From NCBI GenBank assembly GCA_963816185.1, contig CAWFJJ010000025.1, forward strand, positions 320,001-384,000: a DNA stretch of 64,000 bases. The letters run 5' to 3'. The position numbers and the translations under genes are program-made. Positions within the stretch are counted from its first letter, which is position 1. Each line of letters opens with the position of its first letter. Positions 30,369 to 39,259 of the stretch are shown piece after piece. The notes beneath the pieces are model-generated. The model saw only the letters and a list, made by a program, of their open reading frames with translations, was not told where the DNA came from and searched no databases. Origin of the DNA: Thermoanaerobaculia bacterium. GTDB taxonomy: Bacteria; Acidobacteriota; Thermoanaerobaculia; UBA5066.

Positions 30369-30836
30369 CTACTTCCACCTCTTGTAGGGGTTCTTCAACA
30401 GGTTGGAGTTGAAGTAGCGAGGGTCGGAGGAGACTTCGGCCCCCACCCACGTCGGCTTCGCGAACGTCTCGTCTTCGGACTTCAACTCGAGCTCGGCGAC
30501 GACGAGACCGTCGTTCTCACCGTGAAAGACGTCGATCTCCCACGTCTTGCCGCCGTGTACTTCCTTGTGCCGGTGCTTTTCGATGACGGGCTGCTCGCAG
30601 ATGTGGTCCAGGAGGGCCTGCGCGTCCTCGACGGGGAGCGGGTATTCGAACTCCGAACGGCTCACGCCCTTGGTCAGTCCCTTGATCGTGAGCATCGCCT
30701 TTTCTCCGGCGATGCGCACGCGCACGACGCGCTCCTTCTGGGAGTTCAGGTAGCCCTGCTTGTAGTGGGTGCCGCCGTCCCGAGGCGTCCATGCGCGCGT
30801 CATCACGAGGAACTTGCGTTCGATCTCTTTCGCCAT
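30369..30836 (-). CDS. CYTH / triphosphate tunnel metalloenzyme (short CthTTM/NeuTTM type)
   Basis: EIERKF, QGYL, VRVR, LTIKG, RSEFEY, IEKHR, WEIDVF, AELEL. Confidence 0.9.
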   Translation of the reverse strand: MAKEIERKFLVMTRAWTPRDGGTHYKQGYLNSQKERVVRVRIAGEKAMLTIKGLTKGVSRSEFEYPLPVEDAQALLDHICEQPVIEKHRHKEVHGGKTWEIDVFHGENDGLVVAELELKSEDETFAKPTWVGAEVSSDPRYFNSNLLKNPYKRWK

Positions 30837-30863
30837 CGGGTTCTCTCCAGTCTCCTTGGCCGG

Positions 30864-31457
30864 TCAGAGCGCCAGGGCCTTCTTGAGGCCCATGGGGTAG
30901 TTGATGTTCTGGTGGCTGTCGAGCGAGAGCCCCCGGATCACGTGGAGAACGAGCTTGGGGTCCTCGTGCTCGATGCAGAAACTCTCGAGTGGGACGCCGT
31001 CCGCGACGATGGTTGCGAATTCGCATTTCGTCCCGTCGAGCGTGAATCCCTCGCGGCGTTTGTTCGTTTGGACGGCCCTGAGGCCCGGCGTCCTTCCCAT
31101 GATCTCGTCGAGGAACTGCGGAAGGGTATAGGAGGCGCGCTCGAGCCTCGGCAGCGGGAGCCCCCAGGCCCCGAAGAGCCGGGGCATGAAGGAAGCCTCG
31201 AACGGAAAGCCTGATTTGAGCACCGGGTCCCAGAGCTCGAGGCCGTCGCCGTCGACCTGCTTCTTCCACTTGAGGTCCATCAGGTCGTCACGGATCTTCG
31301 CGTTGTGCGAGCTCGTCAGGCAGAGGAGGTAGATCTCGCGGCTCTCGCGGGGCGCCGCGAAGGCGGCCCCGTCGATCCTCCGGCGGAGGTCGTTCAGGGA
31401 CGAGGCGAACGTTCGCCACTCCCAACGCGGAATCACCATGGCGGCAGTCTGTGTCAT
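30864..31457 (-). CDS. Hypothetical protein, divergent CYTH-like
   Basis: PRWEWRTF, NAKIRD..MDLK, KRREGFTLDG..CE; homologous to 41079..41726. Confidence 0.6.
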   Translation of the reverse strand: MTQTAAMVIPRWEWRTFASSLNDLRRRIDGAAFAAPRESREIYLLCLTSSHNAKIRDDLMDLKWKKQVDGDGLELWDPVLKSGFPFEASFMPRLFGAWGLPLPRLERASYTLPQFLDEIMGRTPGLRAVQTNKRREGFTLDGTKCEFATIVADGVPLESFCIEHEDPKLVLHVIRGLSLDSHQNINYPMGLKKALAL

Positions 31458-31573
31458 CGTCGGCTCCAGCAGCGGTCGGGTCGGGCGTGCCGCCGTCGGG
31501 CCCTCTCGGTCGGCACCGGCGGGGGGAACGGGAGAGCCCGCGGGCGGGCCCTCCCGGTGTTGCGCCCGGATGG

Positions 31574-32941
31574 CTAGAACGCGAACTGGACGCGGAACTG
31601 GAGCTCGTTGAAGTCGTCGTTCGTGAGGCCGCCGTACGTCGTCTTCGGCTTGGCGTACTGGTCGTTGTTGACGAGGGTGTAGTTCAGCATCAGGCGGACG
31701 TTGTAGTTCGGATAGTAGTTCACGCCGAACGTGAAGTTCTTGGCCGAGCCTCCCTTGATCGGGTCGGGCGTCGTGAAGTCGTTGAGGTCCATCTCGCTGT
31801 AGCGAGCGAGCAGCTCGTACGCGCCGCCCTTGCCGGGTTCTACGCGGCCGAAGAGGCCCTCGCTCGGGTCGTACGTGCGCTGCCCGTTGAAGATCCACGC
31901 GGCCTGCCCGTACCACGTCGAGAACTTGTGGTCGGACAGGTTCGGGTTGCCCGAGCGCCGGTTGACCTTGGTCTCCTGATACTCGCCCTGCCAGGAGATG
32001 GGTCCCCACACGCCGGCGAGCTCGGCGTCCCACTGCCCGACGTTGTCGACCCCGTTCATCGTCCCGGTGTTGAGAAACTTCGCCTTGCTGACCTTCGTGG
32101 CCTCGGGTCGGGAGGAGAAGTCGATGGCGTACACGATCGGCGCGAAGGCCGCGGAGCTGGCCGAGGCGGCGTCCGGCGTGCGGTTGTTGTACGCGAAGCC
32201 GATGTGGACGGCCTCCTTCTTGGACTGGAAGATCGGCGCGCCGCTCGCGCGGACGGCCCAGCCCCAGCCCTGGTCGACGCCCGTGCTGTCGACCGAAATC
32301 GTCTGCATGAAGATGTCGGCGGAAGCCTGCCAGCGGTCGGCGCCGTAGTAGTAGCCGAAGCCGAGGCGGCGGTCCGGCGTCATGGCGTCGCTGTAGGAAC
32401 GCTCGACGAACCAGATGTCCTTCGAGGACGTCAGGGTGTCGAACCCGAACGGCACCTTGAAGTGGCCCGCCTGGATCGTGCTGTCCGTGATGCCCGTGTA
32501 GCCGACGAAGGCATCCTTGATGTCCGTGGCATTCTCGGCGAAGTCCACGGAGAGCTCGGAGATCCAGTCTTTCGCGACGGTGGCCTTGTAGCCGATGCGC
32601 ACGCGGCGGAGCGTGAAGCCGTTCGAAAGGCGGTTGTCGGAGTCGCTGTTGAACAGGCCGTCGAGCTGCACGCGGCCGGTGAGGCGGAACTTGTAGGCGC
32701 CGTCCGCGCTCTCCCACCCGAGCTGGCCCTTGTCCGTGACGGCCCGGAGCTCGATGCCCTTCTTCTTCTTGGTGTCCTTGTCCGCGGCCTTCGTCTCGGC
32801 CTTGGCGGCATCCTTCTTCGTGAGCTTCTCGACCTGCTGCTCGAGGTCACGAATCCTCTTCTCGGTGTCGGTGGGCTCCTGCGCCATGACCGGCACGGCC
32901 AGCAGGGCGAGGAGCAGGGGGGTCACGAGAGACTTCTTCAT
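31574..32941 (-). CDS. OprO/OprP-family phosphate/pyrophosphate-selective porin
   Basis: Signal peptide, GRVQLD, LRRVRIG, GHFKVPFG, FVERS, RRLG, GVNYYPN, C-terminal Phe. Confidence 0.85.
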   Translation of the reverse strand: MKKSLVTPLLLALLAVPVMAQEPTDTEKRIRDLEQQVEKLTKKDAAKAETKAADKDTKKKKGIELRAVTDKGQLGWESADGAYKFRLTGRVQLDGLFNSDSDNRLSNGFTLRRVRIGYKATVAKDWISELSVDFAENATDIKDAFVGYTGITDSTIQAGHFKVPFGFDTLTSSKDIWFVERSYSDAMTPDRRLGFGYYYGADRWQASADIFMQTISVDSTGVDQGWGWAVRASGAPIFQSKKEAVHIGFAYNNRTPDAASASSAAFAPIVYAIDFSSRPEATKVSKAKFLNTGTMNGVDNVGQWDAELAGVWGPISWQGEYQETKVNRRSGNPNLSDHKFSTWYGQAAWIFNGQRTYDPSEGLFGRVEPGKGGAYELLARYSEMDLNDFTTPDPIKGGSAKNFTFGVNYYPNYNVRLMLNYTLVNNDQYAKPKTTYGGLTNDDFNELQFRVQFAF

Positions 32942-33006
32942 GGTTTCTCCTACTCGTTTTGGCGCCTTGCCCCGCGGGCGAGGCACATCGTCGTCTGAAC
33001 CTGTTT

Positions 33007-33022
33007 CGCAAACCTCGAGCCA
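33007..33022 (-). promoter_or_regulatory. sigma54 promoter of the porin unit
   Basis: Minus strand TGGCTCGAGGTTTGCG (GG-N10-GC). Confidence 0.7.
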
Positions 33023-33098
33023 TGTCGGGGCGGAGTGCCAAGTTCTTGTTGGAGAATCGCTTGGGCTCTTGTCTCGCCGCGGCACCACGCGCGCTTGC

Positions 33099-33135
33099 GT
33101 GCGGGAAACCGCACTCGCTGTGCGGCTCACCGCTC
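33099..33135. promoter_or_regulatory. Tandem palindromic enhancer (UAS), copy A
   Basis: GTGCGGGAAACCGCAC-TCGCT-GTGCGGCTCACCGCTC, 21-bp period; near-identical to 35951..35987. Confidence 0.7.
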
Positions 33136-33151
33136 GGAAGGCAGCGGCGGG

Positions 33152-33192
33152 AAAAAAGAGGGGAAGCGGGCAGGAGGTGGCCCCGCTTCCCC
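33152..33192 (-). terminator. Rho-independent terminator after the pyrophosphatase gene
   Basis: 11-bp stem GGGGAAGCGGG/CCCGCTTCCCC followed by TCTTTTTT on the minus strand. Confidence 0.75.
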
Positions 33193-33218
33193 ATGCAATC
33201 GAAAGACGTGGAGAGCGG

Positions 33219-33986
33219 CTACTCGCCGAGGTTCTTCGCGCCCGGCCAGCGGTAGAGGTAGGGGTTGCCCTTCTCGTCGAGCGGCCGGCGGTCGGCGTCT
33301 GTCGTGACGGACTTCTCGTAGTCGAGGACGGCGTCGCCGATGAGCTTGATCGTCTCGGTGCGGCCCTTGAAACCCGGCGAGTTCAGGAAGAGCTTGCCGT
33401 CCTTGTCCCGGCCCTTGTAGGACGTGAACCAGGTCTGCAGGATCGAGGTCACCCCGGGGAACTTGCGGTCCAGCTCGTCGATGCTGCGCACCGGGAAGAA
33501 CGGCGTGTTCTCCATGACGACGACGACCTTGTCGTCCTTTTCGCCGGTGTCCATCAGGCTCATGATTCCGATCGCGCGGCCGCGCACGACGGAGCCCGTC
33601 GGGACGGACGGCCCGAGAACGAGCGCGTCCAGCGCGTCGCCGTCGCCGCCCTTCGACTTCAGGAAGACGGAGCGCGGGATGTTCCCGTAGTTGCACGGGT
33701 AGCCGAGGTACTGCACGTACCGCGGGGCGCCGTTCTTCTGCTCGAGCTCGATGTTCCCGGACTTCAGGTCGACCATGTACTTGGCGGTCGTGCCCGCGGG
33801 GATCTCGATGACGACGTTGACGGTCCCGTCCACGTTGACGGGGTCGTAACCGTTCAGGAAGTTCCTCTCGCCCTTGAGGACGGAGACCTGCGGCTGAAGC
33901 GTCTCGGCGGCGGCCGAGAGGCCGACGGCCGTCCCGAGCAGCAGCGCGAGGGCGACGACGCCGGACTTGATGAGGTTCTTCTTCAT
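33219..33986 (-). CDS. ppa: Family I inorganic pyrophosphatase with signal peptide
   Basis: VVIEIPAG..AKY, YP.NYG.IP, DGDALDALVL, MDTGEKDDK, WF.SYK; N-terminal MKK-hydrophobic-A-x-A. Confidence 0.85.
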   Translation of the reverse strand: MKKNLIKSGVVALALLLGTAVGLSAAAETLQPQVSVLKGERNFLNGYDPVNVDGTVNVVIEIPAGTTAKYMVDLKSGNIELEQKNGAPRYVQYLGYPCNYGNIPRSVFLKSKGGDGDALDALVLGPSVPTGSVVRGRAIGIMSLMDTGEKDDKVVVVMENTPFFPVRSIDELDRKFPGVTSILQTWFTSYKGRDKDGKLFLNSPGFKGRTETIKLIGDAVLDYEKSVTTDADRRPLDEKGNPYLYRWPGAKNLGE

Positions 33987-34009
33987 GGTGTGTCAGCTCC
34001 TCGTTTCAT

Positions 34010-34855
34010 TTACGACGGGTCGTCGTTGTTCGCGGCCTTGGGCTTCTTCGTCTTCTTCTTCGGGGCGTCGGCCGGCTTGTCGGCGGGCTTCTCGTCGGCC
34101 TTCGTCGCCGTCGTCTCGGCCGGCTTGGGTGCTTCGAACGCCTTCTCGTACCGGATCACGGGCGCCCCGGCCTCCATCACCACCACGTGCGGGCGGCTCT
34201 TCTTCTTCGCGTCGTCGTACGCGAGCTTCGGGCTCTTCATGAGCTCCTCCCGGATCTCCTCGGGCGCGTACTCGAGGAGGTAGGCGACGTTCCCCCACGT
34301 CGCCGCGCCCGGGTCCACGATCTCGTGGATGTACTTCGCGGCGTTCACGAGCTGCTCCGGCGTGCGGTCCGTGTTGTGCTTCGAGTAGCGGCCCGACTTG
34401 TTGTTGAGCGTCCAGGTGTTCGAGGCCTTGTCGTAGAGGATCTCGCCGCTGATGCGGCCCGGGGCGCCGCCGAGCTCCGACACGTGCCCGAAGTTCTCGC
34501 GCGTGCCGGGCTTGCGCTGGGACTGGTCCTCCGGGCGGAAGAAGCCCTTCTCGTAGGTGCGGCCGAGCGGGTGGGCGGCCTCGGGGGCGATCGCGACGCG
34601 GCCTTCCGTGTCGATGACCCAGTTGTACGGCGCTTGCTTCACGTCGAGGATGGCCGGGAACTCTTTCGAGGCGATCTGAAGGTACGGGTTCAGGATCACC
34701 TTTCCGGTCTTGTCGGCCTCGTAGTGCTTGATGTACGCGGGCTGCGACGCGACCCCGAACTGCTGGTCGAGCGAAGCCGGAGCCTCGGCACACAAGGGCA
34801 GCGCCGAGAGGAGCAGGGCTCCGAGTAGGGTCTTGAGCGTTTGTCTCATCGTCAT
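34010..34855 (-). CDS. Exported hypothetical protein with Lys/Pro-rich tail
   Basis: Signal peptide, AGGAG RBS, strongly biased codon usage. Confidence 0.7.
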   Translation of the reverse strand: MTMRQTLKTLLGALLLSALPLCAEAPASLDQQFGVASQPAYIKHYEADKTGKVILNPYLQIASKEFPAILDVKQAPYNWVIDTEGRVAIAPEAAHPLGRTYEKGFFRPEDQSQRKPGTRENFGHVSELGGAPGRISGEILYDKASNTWTLNNKSGRYSKHNTDRTPEQLVNAAKYIHEIVDPGAATWGNVAYLLEYAPEEIREELMKSPKLAYDDAKKKSRPHVVVMEAGAPVIRYEKAFEAPKPAETTATKADEKPADKPADAPKKKTKKPKAANNDDPS

Positions 34856-34889
34856 GCGTCTCCTTGGGTCTTGGTCTTGAATCTCGTGG

Positions 34890-35849
34890 CTATTTCGCCG
34901 TCACCGGTCTGTTCATGAGCTTGCGGACCTTCGAGCCCCCCCACTTGGGGCCGTCGGGCATGGCGAGAGAGGAGAGCTCGCCCATGACGACCTTGAGAAG
35001 GAACTGCTCACCGGCCGCGTGAACCTCGGCAATGTTGTAGAAGTCGAGGTCGCCGTAGCCGTATGAGAAGTCGTAGAGGTACGGCGCGCCGCCCTCCTTC
35101 GTGGCCCAGCCCTCCATCGAGACGCCGCAGGGCTCCGTGCCGGGCAGGACGACGGCGCCGGGGCGGACGCGATAGGACCACGCCTTCGTCCCGACGAGCT
35201 TCGTCGTGGCGGGGAGGCCCAGCTTGAGGAGCTCGGGCATGTACTTCCCGAAGTCGCCGAGCGTCCTCTCGCCGAGGTCGGCGGGCTTGACGCTGAAGCT
35301 GGATCCCTTCTCGATGATCTCGACGAGGCCGCCGCCGGGAGCGGGGCCGACGTTGCCCTCGGCCTCGGTCTTCGTCTTGAGGTCGACGACGGCGAGCGGG
35401 GTCGCGAGCGTCCTGACCGCGTCGTCCATGACCGACTTGACGGTCACGCCGACGTTTTCATCGGGCTTGCCGTCCTTGTACTTCGTCGTGATGCGGACGA
35501 GGTAGCCCTTGTTCCAGAGCGCCTGGTCGGGCGTGTCGAAGTATTCCTTCGTCGACATCTCGAGCTTGAGCGGGTTCTTCTCCTTTTCGGCGACGGTGAA
35601 GCCTTTCTTGGCAGCGGCGGCCTTGACCTGGCCCCAGATGTCCTTGAAGGCCTCTTCCGGCGTCCCTTTGGTTTTCGCGGGGTCGATGAGGAACTTGTAT
35701 TCGCGCCCGCCGACGTCCTCGAGCTTCGGGGCGGGGTACTTGGCGATGGTCTGCTCGTAGAGCGGCTTCGGAGCGTCGGCCGCGGCCACCATGCCGACGG
35801 CGGCGACGACGGCCGCGAGGAGCAGCCGTGGGACGGCACGGGTCTTCAT
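34890..35849 (-). CDS. Exported CYTH-like protein
   Basis: Signal peptide, then REYKFL...YFDTPDQAL...YLVRI...VTVK. Confidence 0.65.
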   Translation of the reverse strand: MKTRAVPRLLLAAVVAAVGMVAAADAPKPLYEQTIAKYPAPKLEDVGGREYKFLIDPAKTKGTPEEAFKDIWGQVKAAAAKKGFTVAEKEKNPLKLEMSTKEYFDTPDQALWNKGYLVRITTKYKDGKPDENVGVTVKSVMDDAVRTLATPLAVVDLKTKTEAEGNVGPAPGGGLVEIIEKGSSFSVKPADLGERTLGDFGKYMPELLKLGLPATTKLVGTKAWSYRVRPGAVVLPGTEPCGVSMEGWATKEGGAPYLYDFSYGYGDLDFYNIAEVHAAGEQFLLKVVMGELSSLAMPDGPKWGGSKVRKLMNRPVTAK

Positions 35850-35871
35850 GAAAATCCTCCTGCGGCTGCGG

Positions 35872-35887
35872 TGCAAGGCTCGAGCCA
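35872..35887 (-). promoter_or_regulatory. sigma54 promoter of the secreted-enzyme operon
   Basis: Minus strand TGGCTCGAGCCTTGCA (GG-N10-GC). Confidence 0.75.
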
Positions 35888-35950
35888 CGCCGCCGAGAGC
35901 GCCTAGTCCTTCGGGATGAGCTGGATGGAGACCCAGCCGGAGGGTGTCGG

Positions 35951-35987
35951 GTGCGGAAAACCGCACTTGCTGTGCGGGGGGCCGCTC
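35951..35987. promoter_or_regulatory. Tandem palindromic enhancer (UAS), copy B
   Basis: GTGCGGAAAACCGCAC-TTGCT-GTGCGGGGGGCCGCTC. Confidence 0.7.
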
Positions 35988-37332
35988 AGTCGCCCGCGGG
36001 GGCGAGCCCGAGAACCTTGAGGCGGTCGTAGAGGGTCCGTCGGGCCATCCCGAGGACGGCGGCGGCCTCTGCGACGTTGCCTCCCGTGTGCTGCAGGACG
36101 CGCTCGATGTGGAGCCGCTCCATCTCCTTCATCGTCGCGAGCTCGCCCTCGGGCGTGGCGGCGGGCCGGGAGCCGTCCAGGCTCACGTCGAGGGCCTCGA
36201 GCCGGTCACCCTTGAGGAGGATCATCGCGCGCTCGAGGACGTTCGCGAGTTCGCGGATATTCCCGGGCCATGGGTAGCGCAGCAGCTGCGATTCCGCGAG
36301 GGTGCCGAGCTGGACCTCGGGCTTGCCCATGCGGCCGCAGACGCTCTGGAGGATGTGTTGCGCGAGGACCGGGATGTCCTCCGTCCGCTCGCGCAGGGGC
36401 GGGATCCTGAGGGTGAGCGTGCTGACGCGGTAGTACAGGTCGTCGCGAAACTTCTTCTCCCGCACGGCTTCCTCGAGGTCGAGATTCGTGCTCGCGAGGA
36501 GCCGGATGTCGACGTGACGATCCCGCACGTCGCCGAGACGGCGGAAAGTCTTCTCCTCGAGGGCCTTCAGGAGCTTGGGCTGGATCGCGGGGTCCATGTC
36601 GCCGATCTCGTCGAGGAAGACGATCCCGCGGTGGCCGACCTCGAGAAGCCCCTGCTTCGGGCTCACGGCGCCCGTGAACGCGCCTCGCTCGTAGCCGAAC
36701 AGCTCGGACTCGAGAAGCTCGCGCGAGAGTCCCGCGCAGTTCAGGTTGACGAAAGCCTCCTCGCGGCGCGGGCCGTTCGCGTGGATCCAGCGCGCGAGGA
36801 TGCCTTTACCCGAGCCCGTCTCGCCGAGGATGAGGACGGGACTGTCCCACTCGAGCATGAGGCGCGCGCGCTCCTCGAGCTCCTTGAGCACCCGGCTCAC
36901 GCCGAGGAACGGGTCGAATGCGCCCGGCTGCTCGCGGAGGGCGACTTCCTGACGTTTGCGGAGGCGCTGCTGCTCGAGGAGGCGGCGCACGAGAACGAGG
37001 AGAGCCTTGGACTCCACGGGCTTCGTCAGGAACTGTTCGGCGCCCTCCTTGATCGCGCGGACGGCGAGGTCGATAGAGCCGTGCGCGGTCAGGATGATGA
37101 AGGGCGTGTCCTCGCTGATCTTCTTGACCTCGGGCAGAAGGTCCAGAGAGGTGCCGTCGGGCAGGCTGTAGTCGGCGACGACGATGTCGTGCCCGACCTC
37201 GCGGAATCGCTCGAGAGCCTTCCGGTACGTCTCGGTCTCGTCGACGTCCAGGCCGTTCGCGCGAAGGAACGCGGCCATCCCGTGGCGCACCGCCGGATCG
37301 TCTTCGACGAGGAGGATCCGCGACTCAGGCAC
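35986..37332 (-). CDS. sigma54-dependent response regulator (NtrC family)
   Basis: Receiver domain, GETGSGK, ESELFG..RGAFTGA, FLDEI, WPGNIREL, Fis-type HTH. Confidence 0.95.
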   Translation of the reverse strand: MPESRILLVEDDPAVRHGMAAFLRANGLDVDETETYRKALERFREVGHDIVVADYSLPDGTSLDLLPEVKKISEDTPFIILTAHGSIDLAVRAIKEGAEQFLTKPVESKALLVLVRRLLEQQRLRKRQEVALREQPGAFDPFLGVSRVLKELEERARLMLEWDSPVLILGETGSGKGILARWIHANGPRREEAFVNLNCAGLSRELLESELFGYERGAFTGAVSPKQGLLEVGHRGIVFLDEIGDMDPAIQPKLLKALEEKTFRRLGDVRDRHVDIRLLASTNLDLEEAVREKKFRDDLYYRVSTLTLRIPPLRERTEDIPVLAQHILQSVCGRMGKPEVQLGTLAESQLLRYPWPGNIRELANVLERAMILLKGDRLEALDVSLDGSRPAATPEGELATMKEMERLHIERVLQHTGGNVAEAAAVLGMARRTLYDRLKVLGLAPAGD

Positions 37333-39246
37333 GTGTCGCCTCCGGGAGCTCCATCCTCAGGCGGGGTGCCGGGAGCCTCACGGTGACGCGTGCGCCTCCC
37401 CCGGCCGGTTGCTGGCTTCCACGGTGCCGCCGTGCTCCTCGACGACGCGTTTCACGATCGAGAGCCCGAGCCCCGTACCGCCCGCCCGGCGCGTGAAGAA
37501 GGGCTCGAACGCCCGCAACAGGGTCTCGCCCTCGAAGCCGGGTCCGTCGTCGTCGACGGAGAAGGACCACGAGTCGTGGCCGGCGGCGCCTGTGCGACGG
37601 CCGGTCACCGTGACGACGCTCCCGCTTGGCGCGTGCTGCAGCGCGTTCTCGAGGAGGTTGCGGAAGACCTGGTGCATGCGCCGCGCGTTCAGCGGGAGGA
37701 CGAGCCCCTCATCCTCGAGGTCGATGTGCACCGTGCACGAGGCGGCCGCCGCCGCCGCCTCGCACGACCGCCACGCGTCGCCGAGCAGTCCGCGCACGAG
37801 GCACGGCTCGGGGTTCAGCGTGCGTGGCTCGCCGTAGTCGCGAAGGTCGTTCATGAGGTTCGAAATCCGCTCGGCGCTTTCCCGAAGGGCCGACACGAAG
37901 GAGGCGTACCGAGGCTCGTCGCCGAAGGTCGCCTCGAGCGCGTCGAGGTTGATCGAGATCCCGTAGACGGGATTTCGGATCTCGTGGACGACGCCGCCGA
38001 CGAGGGCGCGGAGCGACTCCTCGGCGCGCCGCCGCTCCGTGATGTCCGTGCACAGGCCCGCCACGCGCGTCGCGCGGCCCGCGGCGTCCCAGGCCACGAT
38101 CTTTCCGGCGTCGAAGATCCAGATCCACTCGCCCGTCCGCGCGCGGATGCGGTACTCCGCCTGGTAGCGAGGGAGCCGGCCCTCGAGATGGGCGTTGAGC
38201 GCGGCCTCGACCTGGCGTCGGTCCTCCGGATGGATCCGGTCGAGGCCCGCGGCGAGCGTCGCCTCGACGGAGCCGGGGTCGAGGCCGGTCATCTCGAACC
38301 AGCGCGGGCTCCGGTAGAGCCGGCCGCTCCCGAGATCCCAGTCCCACAGCCCCTGCTGCGTGCCCTCGAGCGCGTGGTTGAGCCGCTCCTCGCTCGCGCG
38401 CAGGGCCGCGAGGGCCTCCTTGAGGGCCGTGATGTCGCGCGAGATCCCCGCGATGCGGTGGATGCGCCCCCACTTGTTTCGCACCGGCGTGAGGACCGTC
38501 TGGAAGATCCGCGTGCGCCCCCCGAGGGCGTGCTCCTCCTCGAACTGGAGCGGCCGTCCTTCCGCCTGGACGCGCTCGAAGTGGGGAACGAGCTGGGCGG
38601 CGCTCGTCCCGTCGAGACAGTCGGCGGCGGCGCGGCCCGCGAAGTCGGGGTTCAGGAAACCAATCCCCGCGTTCAGCGGGGGGTTCACGGTCTCGAACGT
38701 CATGACGCCGTCCTCGGCGATGCCGAGGACGTAGATCCAGTCGAAGAGGTTCGGGAACAGGCCGTCGACTCCCCGCTCCGCGCCATCGGAAGGTGCGGGA
38801 GCCGCCGCGGCGGCGAGACCGTGCTCGGGCGAGGCGAGCCGGGCGCGAACGCGCGCGCGCGCCGCCGCTTCCGGAAGGGAGGCGAGCTCGACGACGAGCT
38901 CGTGCACGCCGGCGGCCAGGAGCGCGGCCTCGAGATCAGGACGCTTCTCCGGCACGCGGGCAACGACGGGCAGCGAGGGATTGAGGGCCTGGAACGCGCG
39001 CAGCGGCTCGAGGTCGGGCGAGGCGCCGTCTCCCGCCCACAGGAGGAGGACGTCGTCCGCCGCGGCGCGAAAGTCGACGAGGAGAGCTTCGTTCCAACAC
39101 GTCACGTCGAGGACCAGGGGCGTGTCGTCCGGCCCGGGAAGGACGGCCCGGACGTCCGGAGGCACTCCCACCGCGAGGATCCGCCGCGTCGCCGGAAGCG
39201 TCTCTCGCGCCGGGGCTCCCTCGACCGCGACGTGGATTTCGTCCAT
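37325..39246 (-). CDS. Cytoplasmic PAS-PAS histidine kinase with degenerate N-terminal receiver (frameshift near 37395)
   Basis: GLWDWD/IHPED PAS, HEIRNP, NLLENA, DDGPG, GTGLGL. The last strand (GARVTVRLP) is in the frame ending at 37325. Confidence 0.85.
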
Positions 39247-39259
39247 ACAGGCTCCCCGC

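Noticed and set aside
30369-30836. Class IV adenylate cyclase call
   Set aside because: The short CthTTM-like pattern and the phosphate-related context favour a triphosphatase; not testable here.
31530-31555. Hairpin after the porin gene as an intrinsic terminator
   Set aside because: No U-tract. More likely an mRNA-stabilising stem, but this cannot be decided from sequence.
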